Assembly (NCBI GenBank): GCA_963760605.1
Contig: CAVXFA010000062.1
Span: 6,174-70,173, forward strand
Direction of reading: 5' to 3'
DNA from: an uncultured delta proteobacterium
GTDB taxonomy: Bacteria; Desulfobacterota; SM23-61
DNA length: 64,000 bases
Numbering within the stretch: position 1 is the first letter of the stretch; every line of letters starts with the position of its first letter. Below are positions 1 to 11,095 of the stretch, piece by piece. The notes beneath the pieces were generated by a model, which was not told the origin of the DNA, made no database searches, and saw nothing but the letters and a program-made list of their open reading frames with translations. A program made the translations under genes and the position numbers.

Positions 1-1077
1 TGACATCAGGTTCGGTGGATTGCGGAAGTTTTTCCTCAATTTATGCCACACCCCTATGAAACGGATGCGATCTAAGTAAGCCGCCAGCTCCCCGGATATT
101 TTTTCGGAGCTTGCCCGAATTTCCTCTCCCTCTGATTTCAGATTTTGGGCAACGAGGCCCAGCCAGTCGCGGAGGACCTGAAAGCAGTCTTTCTGGTAAA
201 ATAGGACTGCGCCTTCTTCCTGGCCCAGCAACCTTGAGACACTGCGGCCGGTGCCGAAGGGAACGCGGTTAGAGGGCCGGGCAGAGGGGTAAACGACCGT
301 CCCTTTAACTTGAGCAATTCCTCCTGTCTTGGCCAGGTGCTGCAGGAAATAGAAATCTTCCCCAGCCTTGCGAACGTTCATCCCCCCTATCCGCGCATAA
401 AAACCGGCTCGGCAAGCCATGGCGCTCCCAACGGTATGGAAGGCATAGGGCGAACCTGCCCGGGACAGGCCCAGCACATAGGCCCTCAGAAAAAGCTCAT
501 ACCGCCTGATCGCCCTATCCTGTTCGGGGGTAGGACCTCGCTGGTGACAAAACGGGATGACTGCCCCCGGAACTTTCGATCCCTGGAAATGTCGCATCAA
601 GGAGGGCAGATAGTCCGGGCGGACAAGGGTGTCCGCATCCAGAGAGATCAGCAGCGGATCGGCCTGCCTGTAATTGAGGCGAGTCAGAGCAAGGTCGAAG
701 CCAATTTTCCGGGCTAATCCAACCCCTCCTTTAGCTGGCAAATCAAGCCCTTTGGAGGCGGCGTCCACCCAGGCAAATAGCAGGCCGCTCAGAAAAGAAT
801 CTCCTGCGGCCAGCCTTTGCAAAGTATGCTCGTTGTCCAATTTATCGGAGAGAGGCGCATCCCGGCGATGGTTAACGACCACCAGGATCAAAAAATCGGA
901 CAGGACATCTCGCGGGTTTTGGGCCAGGGATTGAAGAGTCGCAAAGAGGCTATCACTTTCTGCGAGTGCGGGAATGACCACGGCCCCGGTGAAATCTTCT
1001 CGCTCGATGCCGGCGATATTCCACGGACCATCAGGGCCGCGTGTTTCTAAATATTTGGCCATGTGAGGGGGAATCAT
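1..1077 (-). CDS. glycosyltransferase family 2 protein; its 3' end runs off the window start
   Basis: Own translation of the minus strand from the ATG at 1077: MIPPHMAKYLETRGPDG...VVIPALAESD...FLILVVVNH...ISLDADTLV (GT2-like DxD region). The frame stays open to position 1. It is absent from the ORF track only because it is edge-truncated. Confidence 0.55.
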   Translation of the reverse strand, partial: MIPPHMAKYLETRGPDGPWNIAGIEREDFTGAVVIPALAESDSLFATLQSLAQNPRDVLSDFLILVVVNHRRDAPLSDKLDNEHTLQRLAAGDSFLSGLLFAWVDAASKGLDLPAKGGVGLARKIGFDLALTRLNYRQADPLLISLDADTLVRPDYLPSLMRHFQGSKVPGAVIPFCHQRGPTPEQDRAIRRYELFLRAYVLGLSRAGSPYAFHTVGSAMACRAGFYARIGGMNVRKAGEDFYFLQHLAKTGGIAQVKGTVVYPSARPSNRVPFGTGRSVSRLLGQEEGAVLFYQKDCFQVLRDWLGLVAQNLKSEGEEIRASSEKISGELAAYLDRIRFIGVWHKLRKNFRNPPNLMS

Positions 1078-1086
1078 ACTTGGAGG

Positions 1087-1985
1087 TTATGAGCCTTCTA
1101 ATTCTTGCAAAATAGTCGCCGCTGGGTCGGCACTCCCGTCCACCCAGTGGATCAATATCCCCTGACGTTCCAGGCGGCGGAACCAGGTCTCCTGGCGCTT
1201 GGCAAACTGGTGGATGGCGCTGTTGAGTTTCTGGAACATATCGTTTCTGGTCAGCTCGCCCTTGAGGAACTGGGCCACAAACCGATATTCCAACCCATAG
1301 AACTCCAATGTCTCGAAGAGACTCCCTTTTTCAAAAGCCCCTGGACTTCTTCGATCATTCCTCGGTTCAGCCGTTCTCGAAGACGCTGCGTAATTCTTTG
1401 ACGCAGGGTTCTTCTGTCAAACCTTAATCCGAACACGATCGGCTCAAGCTCCGGAAGAAGAGGTAGATCCTGGTCTCTTTCCCCGCTGAATTCGGCGATT
1501 TCAATGGCCCGCGTCAAGCGTTCGCGGTCTAGCAGATCGGTGGTATTATGCAGTTTGGGGTTGGCTCCCTTGAGACGGGCAGCCAGATTTTCGATGGAGA
1601 GAGCGGTAAGCTCCTTGCGCAGCTTGGGATTTTCGGGAACCTCCAGGAGCCGGTATCCCCTGAGTGCGGCGTCAAGATACATCCCTGTCCCTCCAACTAG
1701 AAGGGGGATTCGGCCGCGCGACTGGATCCCCGTGAAGGCCTCCAAAAATCGACGTTGGAACTCAAAAACGTTGAACTCATAACCTGGATCGACAATGTCG
1801 ATGAGATGGTAAGCAACAGAGCCATATTCCTCCAGGTCCTTGCCAGTACCGATGTCCATTCCCCGGTAAACTTGCCTGGAGTCGGCAGAAATAATTTCCC
1901 CATCTAGGGCGTGGGCGATCTGGACGCCAACTTTCGTCTTCCCTGAAGCCGTGGGACCCAATATAACTAAAAGCTTGAATTGCAA
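1087..1985 (-). CDS. miaA: tRNA dimethylallyltransferase MiaA, with an apparent frameshift near 1250-1310
   Basis: ORF 1251..1985 begins MQFKLLVILGPTASGKT (P-loop) with ...DSRQVYRGMDIGT. The MiaA C-terminus continues in another frame as ORF 1087..1308 (KRQETWFRRL). Confidence 0.8.
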
Positions 1986-2561
1986 ACCAAATATCCTTTT
2001 AAAAATATCACGTTAGAAATATCAAGAGGCCCCATAGATAATTTATTAAAGAAGATTTGAAAAAAACCCGATAAAGAATGGGGAGCGTCAAAACCATATT
2101 TGGGAGATTCAAGCCCAAATGACTCTCCCTCATTCAGGCGGTGGGGGGTAGGGTTGCCCCGCCCTGCCCCCCCAATTCCTCAACCCCAAACCTCGGGAGG
2201 TCAGGTCTTTCCTCCTTTCGACTGGCCTCCCCCAACCTATTATTCCTATTATTTCTTACTATCACCCAAAAAACAATCCAGGCCAAGATTCCGGCCTTTT
2301 TTCTGGCAGAGCATTTCACTTGTTTCCTGGAATTCTTTTATTCCAATTGGCCCCCTCAAATCCTCGCGCCTTGAACCCTGTTGATCTTCTGCCTTTCACT
2401 TAACCCTAGAACCCAAGAATCCTTGAACCCATTTTTTCTTTATGCTATGATTCCTGCGCCCTTACTCCCTCAAGCGGTCGCCCAAGCGATCGTGGCAGAA
2501 AGAGAATTGCGCCCGGCTTTCAGCTTGGTAACTTTAACATTTAGCTTTAAAGAGACTCCCC

Positions 2562-4308
2562 ATGACGGACGTCAAGGCGCCCAAGAAAGATTTTCCAGCC
2601 TCCGTTAGCATCCCTATCGATAATGTCGCCCAGGCTTACCTGGAGCTCCTCAGGGATCGAGGGGTCAAGTATTTCTTCGGGAACGCGGGTACGGACTTCG
2701 CACCTCTGGTGGACGCCTTCGCCCGCTTCGCCGTCGAAGGAAAAGATTTTCCCAAGCCTATCTTGGTGCCCCATGAATTCGCGGCCGTCAGTATGGCCCA
2801 TGGATTCGCCATGGTCACCGGAGAACCTCAGGTGGTAATGGTTCATGTGAATGTCGGGAACTTCCAACGGCCTGACCGGGGTCATGAACGCTTCCCGGGC
2901 GAACATTCCTTTGATCTTCACGGCCGGCAGGACACCGATCACGGAGGGGGAGGTCAAGGGGGGGCGCAACCTGTATATTCACTGGGCGCAGGAATCCTTC
3001 GATCAGGCATCCATGCTGCGGGAATATGTCAAGTGGGATTACGAACTGAGAAATTTTGCCCAGGTCGAAAAGGTGGTCGATCGGGCGCTGAACATCGCCA
3101 AGTCCGAGCCCAAAGGGCCCGTGTACCTGAGCCTTCCGCGGGAGGTTCTGGTGGAGGAGCATCGCGAGTTTACCTACACTCCCTCAACCCCGAAAATCTA
3201 TGCCAAACCAGGGCCAATCTCCGAGGCCATTCAGCAGGCCGCTAAATTGTTGAAAGATGCGCGGAACCCTTTGATCATTACATCCGCAGTAGGGAAGAAT
3301 CCGGCGGCGGTCGAAGAGTTGGTAAAGCTTTGCGAGTCTTTTGGGATTCCGGTGGCCATCGCCTTGAGCAACCTTTACTTGAATTTCCCGACAGAGCACC
3401 CCCTGCACTTGGGGTTCGACCCCATGCCATACTTGGGGAAGGCCGATGTCATCCTGGTGATCGAATGCGATGTTCCCTGGTTCCCCATCAAAGCCAAACC
3501 CATGCCCGGTGCCAAGGTCATCCAGTTGGGCATTGACCCTTTCTTCTCTCGTTACCCCATGCGCACCTTCCCTGTGGACATTCCCATTTTTTCTGATCCA
3601 GAAGCCGGGCTGCGGTCTTTGAGAGAAGCCCTCACGGTCCATCAATCGAAAAAGAGGAAGACCATTCAGGAGCGGTTCGAACGATGGTCCAAAGAACACC
3701 AGGCTCAAAGAGCAACCTGGAAAGCGATGGCTGAAAAATATAAAAAGGAACGTCCGATCGATATGGAGTGGCTATCTTATTGCGTGGGCCAGGTGCAGGA
3801 TGGGGATACGGTAATCATCAATGAATATGACTTGCGGTCCCATCAAGTCCAAATGGATAAACCGGGTTCCTTCTTTGGCGGCCCCCCGGTCAGCGGCCTG
3901 GGGTGGTGCTTCGGAGCTGCCTTGGGCGTTAAACTCGCGCGGCCGGAGTGCATCCCGATCGTCTGCATGGGAGACGGGACTTATCATTTCACCGCTCCCA
4001 CGGCTTGCCATTTTGTGGCCCAGAATCTCCCCGTCGTGGTGGTAGTTTTCAACAACCAGTGCTGGAACGCCGTGAAAGGATCGGTCATTGACCTTTACCC
4101 ACAGGGCTGGGCTGTGAAGAAAAATAATTTCATCCTCTGCGATCTTGAACCCTCGCCCGCATATGAGCAGGTGGCAGAAGCCTTCGGGGGTTATGGGGAG
4201 AGAGTGGAAGATCCCGGTCAGATCATTCCGGCTTTGAGACGGGCGGTGAAGGCCGTCAAGGAAGAAAAGCGCCAGGCCCTTCTCAATGTGATATGCAAGC
4301 ATCCATGA
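2562..4308 (+). CDS. thiamine-pyrophosphate-dependent enzyme (acetolactate synthase / benzoylformate decarboxylase family), frameshifted near 2860
   Basis: ORF 2562.. holds the N-terminal TPP-enzyme domain (VKYFFGNAGTDFAPLVDAF...MVHVNVG). It continues in frame +1 as ORF 2851..4308 (GTSNGLTGVMNASRANIPLIFTAGR ... C-terminal TPP-binding GDGTYHF). An extra G in a GGG run at ~2863 explains the shift. Confidence 0.75.
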
Positions 4309-4311
4309 TTT

Positions 4312-4346
4312 CCCTATCCCTCTTCCCATGGGGGGAGAAGGATAGG
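4312..4346 (+). terminator. GC-rich hairpin downstream of the TPP-enzyme gene (CCCTATCCCTCTTCCC atg GGGGGAGAAGGATAGG)
   Basis: Imperfect inverted repeat directly after the stop at 4308. It belongs to a recurring CTCCCCC-loop-GGGGGAG hairpin theme. Confidence 0.35.
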
Positions 4347-4436
4347 TTGAGGGGGCCAAGCCCTTAATTTGAGAAAATAATTTTCCGCGTTTATCTGCGA
4401 AAATCTATGACCCAGGTAGTTTGATCGGAATCTGGC

Positions 4437-5351
4437 ATGCGAATCTGGATTTTTTTGGTTATCATTATTTTGATCCTAGCGCCGCCCCAGGGAGTTACGG
4501 GCAAAGAAAAGGGAAAAATGGAACAAGAAATCAATCTCCCTTCAGAAGCCGCAGGCTGGAAGTGGGACCGGAAGGACCTAAATTATAATCGCCGGACCAT
4601 CTTCGATTATATCGATGGTGCAGGGGAACTATACCTGGCCTATAACTTCCGAGGTGTTAGGGTCCGCCGGTTCGAAAAACCAGGCCAGCCGCCCATCATT
4701 GCTGAACTGTTTGATATGGGGTCCTCAGAAGATGCCTATGGGATTTTTTCCTTCGAGCGCCAGGACGAAGATGTGGGCATCGGCCAGGGGTCGGAGTTAG
4801 GTGGAGGGCTGCTGAGATTCTGGAAGGGAAAATTTTTTGTCAGCGTGTACGCAGAGGGGGAAGGTCCGGAAGTAGAATCGGCCATTCTCACCTTGGGACG
4901 GGAAGTGGCGGAATCCATCAAGATGAGTGGTCCGGCCCCGAAATTGATCAGCGTCCTGCCGGACGGGAAAGCCGGGCTTGTTGAAAAAAGCATCCGCTAC
5001 CTTCACAGCCATGTCCTGCTGAATCAGCGTTTTTTCGTTGCCAATCAAAACATTCTGAATCTGAATCAAAAAACAGAGGCGGTGTTGGCCCAATACCTGC
5101 GCGATCAAAAAAAGGTCCATCTGCTCTTGATCCGATATCCCGCCGAAAAGGAGGCCGAGGCAGCCCTCGTAAGTTTTAAGAAGGCTTATATGCCCGAAGC
5201 ATCTGAAAAATACTTTCTGCAAACTGAAGACAAGAAATGGACGGGCGCGAAAAGGCAAAAAGAAGTTATCTTGATTGTTTTTGGAGCTTCTAAAGAGAAG
5301 GAAGCAGAAGAAATCATCGATCTGGCTGAAAAAAAGATAGGAGCAAATTGA
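4437..5351 (+). CDS. hypothetical exported protein
   Basis: 304 aa ORF with a hydrophobic N-terminus (MRIWIFLVIIILILAPP). No recognisable family. Its stop overlaps the next gene's start (ATGA), indicating an operon. Confidence 0.5.
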   Translation: MRIWIFLVIIILILAPPQGVTGKEKGKMEQEINLPSEAAGWKWDRKDLNYNRRTIFDYIDGAGELYLAYNFRGVRVRRFEKPGQPPIIAELFDMGSSEDAYGIFSFERQDEDVGIGQGSELGGGLLRFWKGKFFVSVYAEGEGPEVESAILTLGREVAESIKMSGPAPKLISVLPDGKAGLVEKSIRYLHSHVLLNQRFFVANQNILNLNQKTEAVLAQYLRDQKKVHLLLIRYPAEKEAEAALVSFKKAYMPEASEKYFLQTEDKKWTGAKRQKEVILIVFGASKEKEAEEIIDLAEKKIGAN

Positions 5352-5854
5352 ATAGGGCTGAAGAAAGGGCGATTACCCGCCGAGACTTTCTCCGGGCGGC
5401 TGCCGGGGTGACTGTGGCAACAGCTCTGGGGACTGGAATTGCAGGCGAAGCCGGGGCAGAGAAAACAGCCAAAGTTGTCTTGATCCGTGACCCGCAGGTT
5501 TTGACCAAAGAAGGAGAGGTCCAGTCCGAGGTCATTCAGTCCATGCTGGATGAGGCGGTCAAGGCCGTTCTTGCCGAAAATGAGCCTCTTCAGGCCTGGC
5601 GCAAGCTCTTCAAAAGCTCAGATGCGGTGGGGATCAAGAGCAATGCCTGGGGGAAAATGCCGACCCCCAAAGAACTGGAAGCTGCCATCCAGCGCCGTCT
5701 GCTGGATGTGGGAGTTGCGGGAAAAAATATCGCCATCGACGACCGCGGGGTTCTGCACAATCCGGTATTCCTCAACGCCACCGCTAAGGATAAGATTGGG
5801 ATTGGAATTCTGGGGCTACCCTACGCAACGCAGTTCAACCTTTCGGGAGGTTAG
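5348..5854 (+). CDS. TAT-signal protein, possibly a short DUF362-like N-terminal domain
   Basis: Twin-arginine motif TRRDFLRAAAGVTVA. The following KVVLIRD...AVGIKSNAW resembles the start of the DUF362 proteins at 38713 and 46610. Confidence 0.45.
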   Translation: MNRAEERAITRRDFLRAAAGVTVATALGTGIAGEAGAEKTAKVVLIRDPQVLTKEGEVQSEVIQSMLDEAVKAVLAENEPLQAWRKLFKSSDAVGIKSNAWGKMPTPKELEAAIQRRLLDVGVAGKNIAIDDRGVLHNPVFLNATAKDKIGIGILGLPYATQFNLSGG

Positions 5855-5856
5855 AG

Positions 5857-7077
5857 ATGGAATCAGTGAGGGAAGTTTGGGGCTTTGCTACGTGCGGAGA
5901 ATTGCTTTTTGGGAACCATGCTGTTAAAAAAATCGGGAAGATGGCCAAGCGTCTCGGAGGGAAAAAGGTTTTGATCGTAACCGATCCCGGTATCCGGGAT
6001 GCGGGTCTCCTGAAATTTGTTCTTGAACCTCTGCAAGAAATATCGATGCCGTTTGAAATTTACGATCGAGGTGAGCCAGAGCCATCCATCGAAAAAGTTC
6101 TCGAATGCACCGAGTTCGCCAAGAAGGGAAACTACGACCTGATCGTGTGCCTCGGAGGCGGAAGCGTCATTGACTTGGGAAAAGCCACGTCGGTCCTAGC
6201 CACATATGGAAAACATCCCAACGACTACTTTGGGGAGGGAAAAGTTCCCGGTCCGGTCAGGCCGATTGTGGCCATCCCTACAACAGCCGGCACGGGGTCC
6301 GAGGTATCCCCCTCGGCTGTCCTCACCGATACGAAGGCAAATGTGAAAAAGGGAATCTCAGACAACAAACTCAGACCGACTCTATCCATTGTGGACCCGC
6401 TATTAACCTTGTCCTGCCCACCCCAGGTCACCGCAGCCACAGGGATCGATGTTCTTGCTCATGCGATTGAATCGTATATGGCCCTCAACTTTGCTTATCT
6501 CCCCTTAAACCCCGGTGAGGAGGATACCGTCCTTTATCACGGGTCCTATCCGTTGACAGATTGTCTGGCTTTGAAGGCGATCGAATTAGTCGGGCAGAAT
6601 TTAAGGACGGCGGTCGATCAGGGTAAGAATTTGGAAGCAAGAGTCAATATGGCTATGGCCAATGTGATGGCGGGAATGGCCTTTTCCAACTCCGGTGTAA
6701 CTGCCGTCCACGCCATGGCCTACCCCCTGGGCGCAGTCTCCCAGGCCCCCCACGGGATGGTGAATGGGTTGCTCCTTCCCCATGTGATGGAATATAATCT
6801 ACCGGTTCGGACGAAAGAATTAGCGGATGTAGCAAAGGCCTTAGGTGAAAAAATCGAAGATCTCTCCCCCAGGGAAGCAGCCCGCAAAGCCATCGCAGAG
6901 GTCAATGAAATCATCCGGAGCATCGGCCTCCCCATCCGTATGCGGGACATCGGCGTGAAGGAGAAAGACCTCCGGCCCATGGCGGAGGCCACGATGCTGG
7001 TGACTCGACTGTTGCGCTCCAATCCTCGCAGGGTGAGCGTGGACACCATTGAGGAAATTTATAAGCATGCTTTCTAA
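5857..7077 (+). CDS. iron-containing alcohol dehydrogenase family protein
   Basis: Carries the signature of the iron-containing ADH family (DLIVCLGGGSVIDLGKA...AIPTTAGTGSE). 406 aa. Confidence 0.85.
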   Translation: MESVREVWGFATCGELLFGNHAVKKIGKMAKRLGGKKVLIVTDPGIRDAGLLKFVLEPLQEISMPFEIYDRGEPEPSIEKVLECTEFAKKGNYDLIVCLGGGSVIDLGKATSVLATYGKHPNDYFGEGKVPGPVRPIVAIPTTAGTGSEVSPSAVLTDTKANVKKGISDNKLRPTLSIVDPLLTLSCPPQVTAATGIDVLAHAIESYMALNFAYLPLNPGEEDTVLYHGSYPLTDCLALKAIELVGQNLRTAVDQGKNLEARVNMAMANVMAGMAFSNSGVTAVHAMAYPLGAVSQAPHGMVNGLLLPHVMEYNLPVRTKELADVAKALGEKIEDLSPREAARKAIAEVNEIIRSIGLPIRMRDIGVKEKDLRPMAEATMLVTRLLRSNPRRVSVDTIEEIYKHAF

Positions 7078-7108
7078 GCCCGCTTTCGGGTGAAAGGCCG
7101 GAGTCCTC

Positions 7109-7894
7109 TTGGAAAATCGACCCCATTTAGAAATTTATAACCTCTCCCTCTATTTCGGGGGGGTTCAAGCTCTTCATCACGTCGATCTGAAAGTCAAGAT
7201 GGGTGCGCTTTTCTCCCTCATCGGCCCCAATGGGGCTGGGAAAACGAGCCTGATAAACTGCATCTCAAAATTCTATGAGCCCAATGAAGGGAAAATTATT
7301 TTTAAAAACCGGGAAATCACGAACCTCCGACCTCACCAGGTGGCCCGTTATGGAGTATCGCGAACCTTCCAGAATATCGAACTCTTTAAAGGAATGACCG
7401 TCCTCGATAACATAAAGTTAGGGAGACACATCCATCTCCGATCCGGTCCCCTGGCTGGCATGCTCTATTTAGGAAAGGCCAAAAAGGAAGAAGAGGCACT
7501 GGAAGAGTTTCTCGATCGGGAGATTTTAGATTTTTTGGGGTTGACCCATATCAAGAGTCGAGTTGTGGCCACGTTACCTTACGGGCTCCAAAAGAAGGTT
7601 GATCTGGCGAGAGCCCTCTCCGCTAAACCTGAATTTCTAATTCTTGATGAACCCGTGGCGGGGATGAACCGGGAAGAAACCCAGGATATGATTAAACATA
7701 TCTTGGAGATCAAAAAGGCCTGGGGATTGACGGTGTTCCTCATCGAACACGATATGGAGATGGTGATGAACATCTCCGACTGGATCGCGGTGATGAATTT
7801 CGGGGAGAAAATGGCCGAAGGAACACCGGATGCTGTCCAGAAAGACCCAGAGGTAATCCGAATCTATTTAGGGCATTCCTCCACGGGTGGCTGA
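7109..7894 (+). CDS. livG: branched-chain amino acid ABC transporter ATP-binding protein
   Basis: Walker A LIGPNGAGKTSLIN, signature motif, LivG-type length. First gene of a liv-like operon. Confidence 0.8.
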   Translation: MENRPHLEIYNLSLYFGGVQALHHVDLKVKMGALFSLIGPNGAGKTSLINCISKFYEPNEGKIIFKNREITNLRPHQVARYGVSRTFQNIELFKGMTVLDNIKLGRHIHLRSGPLAGMLYLGKAKKEEEALEEFLDREILDFLGLTHIKSRVVATLPYGLQKKVDLARALSAKPEFLILDEPVAGMNREETQDMIKHILEIKKAWGLTVFLIEHDMEMVMNISDWIAVMNFGEKMAEGTPDAVQKDPEVIRIYLGHSSTGG

Positions 7895-8798
7895 GGAGAA
7901 AGAGAAGAAAATCATGGATCTTTTGATCCAAGTCCTTATTGCGGGGATTACAATAGGCAGCATCTATTCCCTCATAGCCATCGGGGTGGTCCTGATCTTT
8001 AAGTCCAGCGGGGTGATCAATTTTGCCCAGGGTTCTATGGTCATGGTGGGGGCTTTCATTACCTATGCCCTAGTTGTTCAATTCAAAGTTCCCATTTTAA
8101 TCAGTCTTCTTCTCGCCTTCCTCATTTCCGGGGTTATGGGGATGATCATAGAACGATCTGTTCTCCGGTATCTCACTGGCGCTTCCCTCATTTCAATCAT
8201 CATGGTGACGCTGGGCATCTCCTATGTCTTGGACGGAGGAGCGCTGGCTACCTGGGGTTCAAGTAATTTCACCTTTCCCAAGTTATTTCCTTCTTTTTCT
8301 ATTCAGCTAGGGGGATTCAAAGTTTCTTCGATTTACCTCTGGAGTTTTCTAACCTCGATGGTGCTTCTCGTGATTTTTCTCCTCTTTTTTAAGTATTCGA
8401 AAATGGGCTTATCCATGCGAGCAGCCGCTGACAATCAAAAGGTTGCCGTAGTCCTCGGCATTAGCTCGAAAAAGGTCCTTTCCCTGACTTGGATCATAAC
8501 CTCGGCCGTGGCCACGGCGGGAGGAATCCTCCTGGCCAGTATCAGCGCCCTCCATGTCAATTTAAGCTATATCGGATTGATCGTATTTCCAGTGGTCATC
8601 CTGGGAGGATTGGATAGTATTGCCGGGGCCGCGGTGGGAGGTCTCATTGTTGGCGTTCTGGAGGCGATCTCGGGGGTCTACATTGCCCCGTTGCTCGGTG
8701 GAGCTTTCCAACAGGTGGCGGCGTTCGCCTTTCTCCTGATTATTTTGCTGATCAAGCCTTACGGACTGTTTGGGACAAAGGAAATCGAAAGGCTTTAG
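7887..8798 (+). CDS. livH: branched-chain amino acid ABC transporter permease
   Basis: Polytopic membrane ORF, LivH-like, overlapping the ATPase gene. Confidence 0.75.
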   Translation: MAEEKEKKIMDLLIQVLIAGITIGSIYSLIAIGVVLIFKSSGVINFAQGSMVMVGAFITYALVVQFKVPILISLLLAFLISGVMGMIIERSVLRYLTGASLISIIMVTLGISYVLDGGALATWGSSNFTFPKLFPSFSIQLGGFKVSSIYLWSFLTSMVLLVIFLLFFKYSKMGLSMRAAADNQKVAVVLGISSKKVLSLTWIITSAVATAGGILLASISALHVNLSYIGLIVFPVVILGGLDSIAGAAVGGLIVGVLEAISGVYIAPLLGGAFQQVAAFAFLLIILLIKPYGLFGTKEIERL

Positions 8799-8800
8799 TC

Positions 8801-9838
8801 ATGGTGAGACGCAATAAGGAAAAACAATGGCCCTATTATTTGATCTTCTTGGGGGTCTTTTTGATCTTTCCTTTCAGCCTTTTCCAGTATACAAAATATA
8901 TCCTCTTCCTGGTCAATATGACGGCGATCGGCGTGATTGGAGCGCTGGGGCTTAATATTCTGACGGGGTATACGGGTCTTATTTCCCTCGGCCAGGCTGC
9001 TTTTATGGGGGTGGGGGCTTATACCGTGGCCATTCTCAGCACCCGGGTTGGCCTTCCCCTCTGGGTTAATTTACCGGCTGCGGGTGTGGTCACGACCTTT
9101 GTGGGAATCCTGGTCGGGACCCCTTCTCTGCGATTAAAGGGATTCTACCTGGCCATGTCCACTTTGGCTGCGGAGTTCTTACTTGAATATGTCTTCAAGA
9201 ACTGGGAGAGTATGACGCGGGGAATTCAGGGCTTATTCATCACTCCCCCGCAGATCTTTGGAATGCCCATAAACAACGATCGGGTCTTTTATTTCCTTTC
9301 CGTCACCTTGGCCATCCTGGCCGTTATCGGCACCCGAAATCTGTTCCGGACAAATGTAGGCCGTGCTTTCATCGCCATTCGGGACCGCGACATCGCCGCG
9401 GAATTGATCGGGATCGATGTTTTTAAATACAAACTCGTTTCCTTTGCCATCAGCTCTTTTTATGCGGGTGTGGCCGGAGGCCTTTGGTGTTATTATATGA
9501 CGATCATCAATCCCGAGGCCTTTCAACTCTCCATCTCCATCGATTATGTCGCCATGATCATCGTCGGCGGAATGGGAACACTCTGGGGGTCTGTTTATGG
9601 AGCAGCGTTTGTCGTCCTGTTACCGGAGGCTATTCAGCGAATCATGGAAGTTCTCCAACCGGTTCTCCACATGGAATATACCTTTGCCGCCTTCAAACAA
9701 ATTGTCTTTGGTTTCATCATTGTCGTTTTTCTTATCTTTGAACCCAAGGGTTTATCAGAGATCTTTTCCAGACTCGGGAACAAGATCTCAAATTTAAGGA
9801 GAAAGGAGGATAGGGTAGCCAGGGGTCCTGGAGAATAA
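8801..9838 (+). CDS. livM: branched-chain amino acid ABC transporter permease
   Basis: Second polytopic permease, LivM-like. Confidence 0.75.
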   Translation: MVRRNKEKQWPYYLIFLGVFLIFPFSLFQYTKYILFLVNMTAIGVIGALGLNILTGYTGLISLGQAAFMGVGAYTVAILSTRVGLPLWVNLPAAGVVTTFVGILVGTPSLRLKGFYLAMSTLAAEFLLEYVFKNWESMTRGIQGLFITPPQIFGMPINNDRVFYFLSVTLAILAVIGTRNLFRTNVGRAFIAIRDRDIAAELIGIDVFKYKLVSFAISSFYAGVAGGLWCYYMTIINPEAFQLSISIDYVAMIIVGGMGTLWGSVYGAAFVVLLPEAIQRIMEVLQPVLHMEYTFAAFKQIVFGFIIVVFLIFEPKGLSEIFSRLGNKISNLRRKEDRVARGPGE

Positions 9839-11043
9839 TGAAATTACAATCTTTTTGGAAAGGAGGGCATGTAATGGGGAGATTGCTGAGCTTCATAGTG
9901 ATCTTCGTTTTGGGTTTCCTGGGGGTTTCCGCCTATGCTGGAGAAATCCCGGTGGGGGTTTATGGAACCCTAACTGGAACGGATACGGATGTCAATGGAA
10001 TGTCGTATGGCCCGAAAGATTGCCTCACCTATGCCAATGAAAAATTTGGGGGGGTCATGGGCCACAAATATGTTCCCGTTCTACTCGATGGAAAGAATCA
10101 AATTCCGGAAGAGGTAAAGGTTTTCAAGAGGCTGGTGGACATCGATAAAGTAGTGGTAGTCAACGGCTGGTCGACAGGCGGGACCAAGGCCTTAAGGGAT
10201 CAGATCAATAACATAATCAAGATTCCCTTTCAAGCCCAATCTCTCTCTCGGGATGTCCTGGATCCTGTGAAATACCCGTATATATTTCTCCTGGGTCCAA
10301 CTTACGAAGACCAGGTCATTATCGCCATGACCTGGGCAAAACAAAAAGGGGCGAAAACCTTTGTGTTCCTCCATGCGGATATAGAGTATGGCCGGGCACC
10401 GTGCCGGAATGCCGTGGAGCTGAAGATCCCTGAGAAACTGGGGCTGAAGGTTCTGGCAGATGTGGAATATCCCGGGACTTCTCCCGATCTGACCCCCCAA
10501 CTCTTAAGAATTAAAGAGTTAAATCCAGACTACGTTTACATTCAGGACTCTGTGAATAACTGCATAAAAATCCTGAGGGACGCTGCGAAGGTAGGGGTCC
10601 CGGCAAATAAGTTCATCGGGAACAATTATGATTTTAGCCATATCATCCCCGAAACTTTAGGGAAGGATGCTGAAAGTTTCAAGGCCATTCAGATCAACGC
10701 GGATTGGGGAGAAAATATCCCCATGATGAAAGAGATCGAGGAATTTAGCAAAAAGCATGAGATCGCTAAAAAAGACACCTACTATACAAAAGGATGGGTT
10801 CAGGGAAAGATCATTCATGAGGTGGTCTCGAGGGTACTCCAGAAGAGCGGAGGCAAAATTCCCGAGATTTCCCAGTTTAGGACAATGGTGAGGGACGAAT
10901 GGGAAAAATTGGCGAATTTTGATACTGCTGGCGGAACTCCCCCTCTCACGTACAGCAATCACCAAGGCCATTCGCAAGCCCGAATCCTGGAGATTAAGGG
11001 AGGGAAGTACGGATCCATCAGTGATTGGATTAAAACCCATTAA
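9838..11043 (+). CDS. ABC transporter substrate-binding protein, LivK/LivJ (Leu/Ile/Val-binding) family
   Basis: 401 aa ORF with a signal peptide. Its periplasmic-binding-protein fold fits its position inside the liv operon. Confidence 0.7.
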   Translation: MKLQSFWKGGHVMGRLLSFIVIFVLGFLGVSAYAGEIPVGVYGTLTGTDTDVNGMSYGPKDCLTYANEKFGGVMGHKYVPVLLDGKNQIPEEVKVFKRLVDIDKVVVVNGWSTGGTKALRDQINNIIKIPFQAQSLSRDVLDPVKYPYIFLLGPTYEDQVIIAMTWAKQKGAKTFVFLHADIEYGRAPCRNAVELKIPEKLGLKVLADVEYPGTSPDLTPQLLRIKELNPDYVYIQDSVNNCIKILRDAAKVGVPANKFIGNNYDFSHIIPETLGKDAESFKAIQINADWGENIPMMKEIEEFSKKHEIAKKDTYYTKGWVQGKIIHEVVSRVLQKSGGKIPEISQFRTMVRDEWEKLANFDTAGGTPPLTYSNHQGHSQARILEIKGGKYGSISDWIKTH

Positions 11044-11095
11044 GGGAATTTAAGAGGGGGAGGAGGGGACTCCTCTCCCTTACTTTAACTTCGGG

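Noticed and set aside
310-1050. Plus-strand ORFs 310..717, 674..934 and 817..1050
   Set aside because: They are antisense to the much longer, homology-bearing GT2 glycosyltransferase frame on the minus strand. They are products of high GC content.
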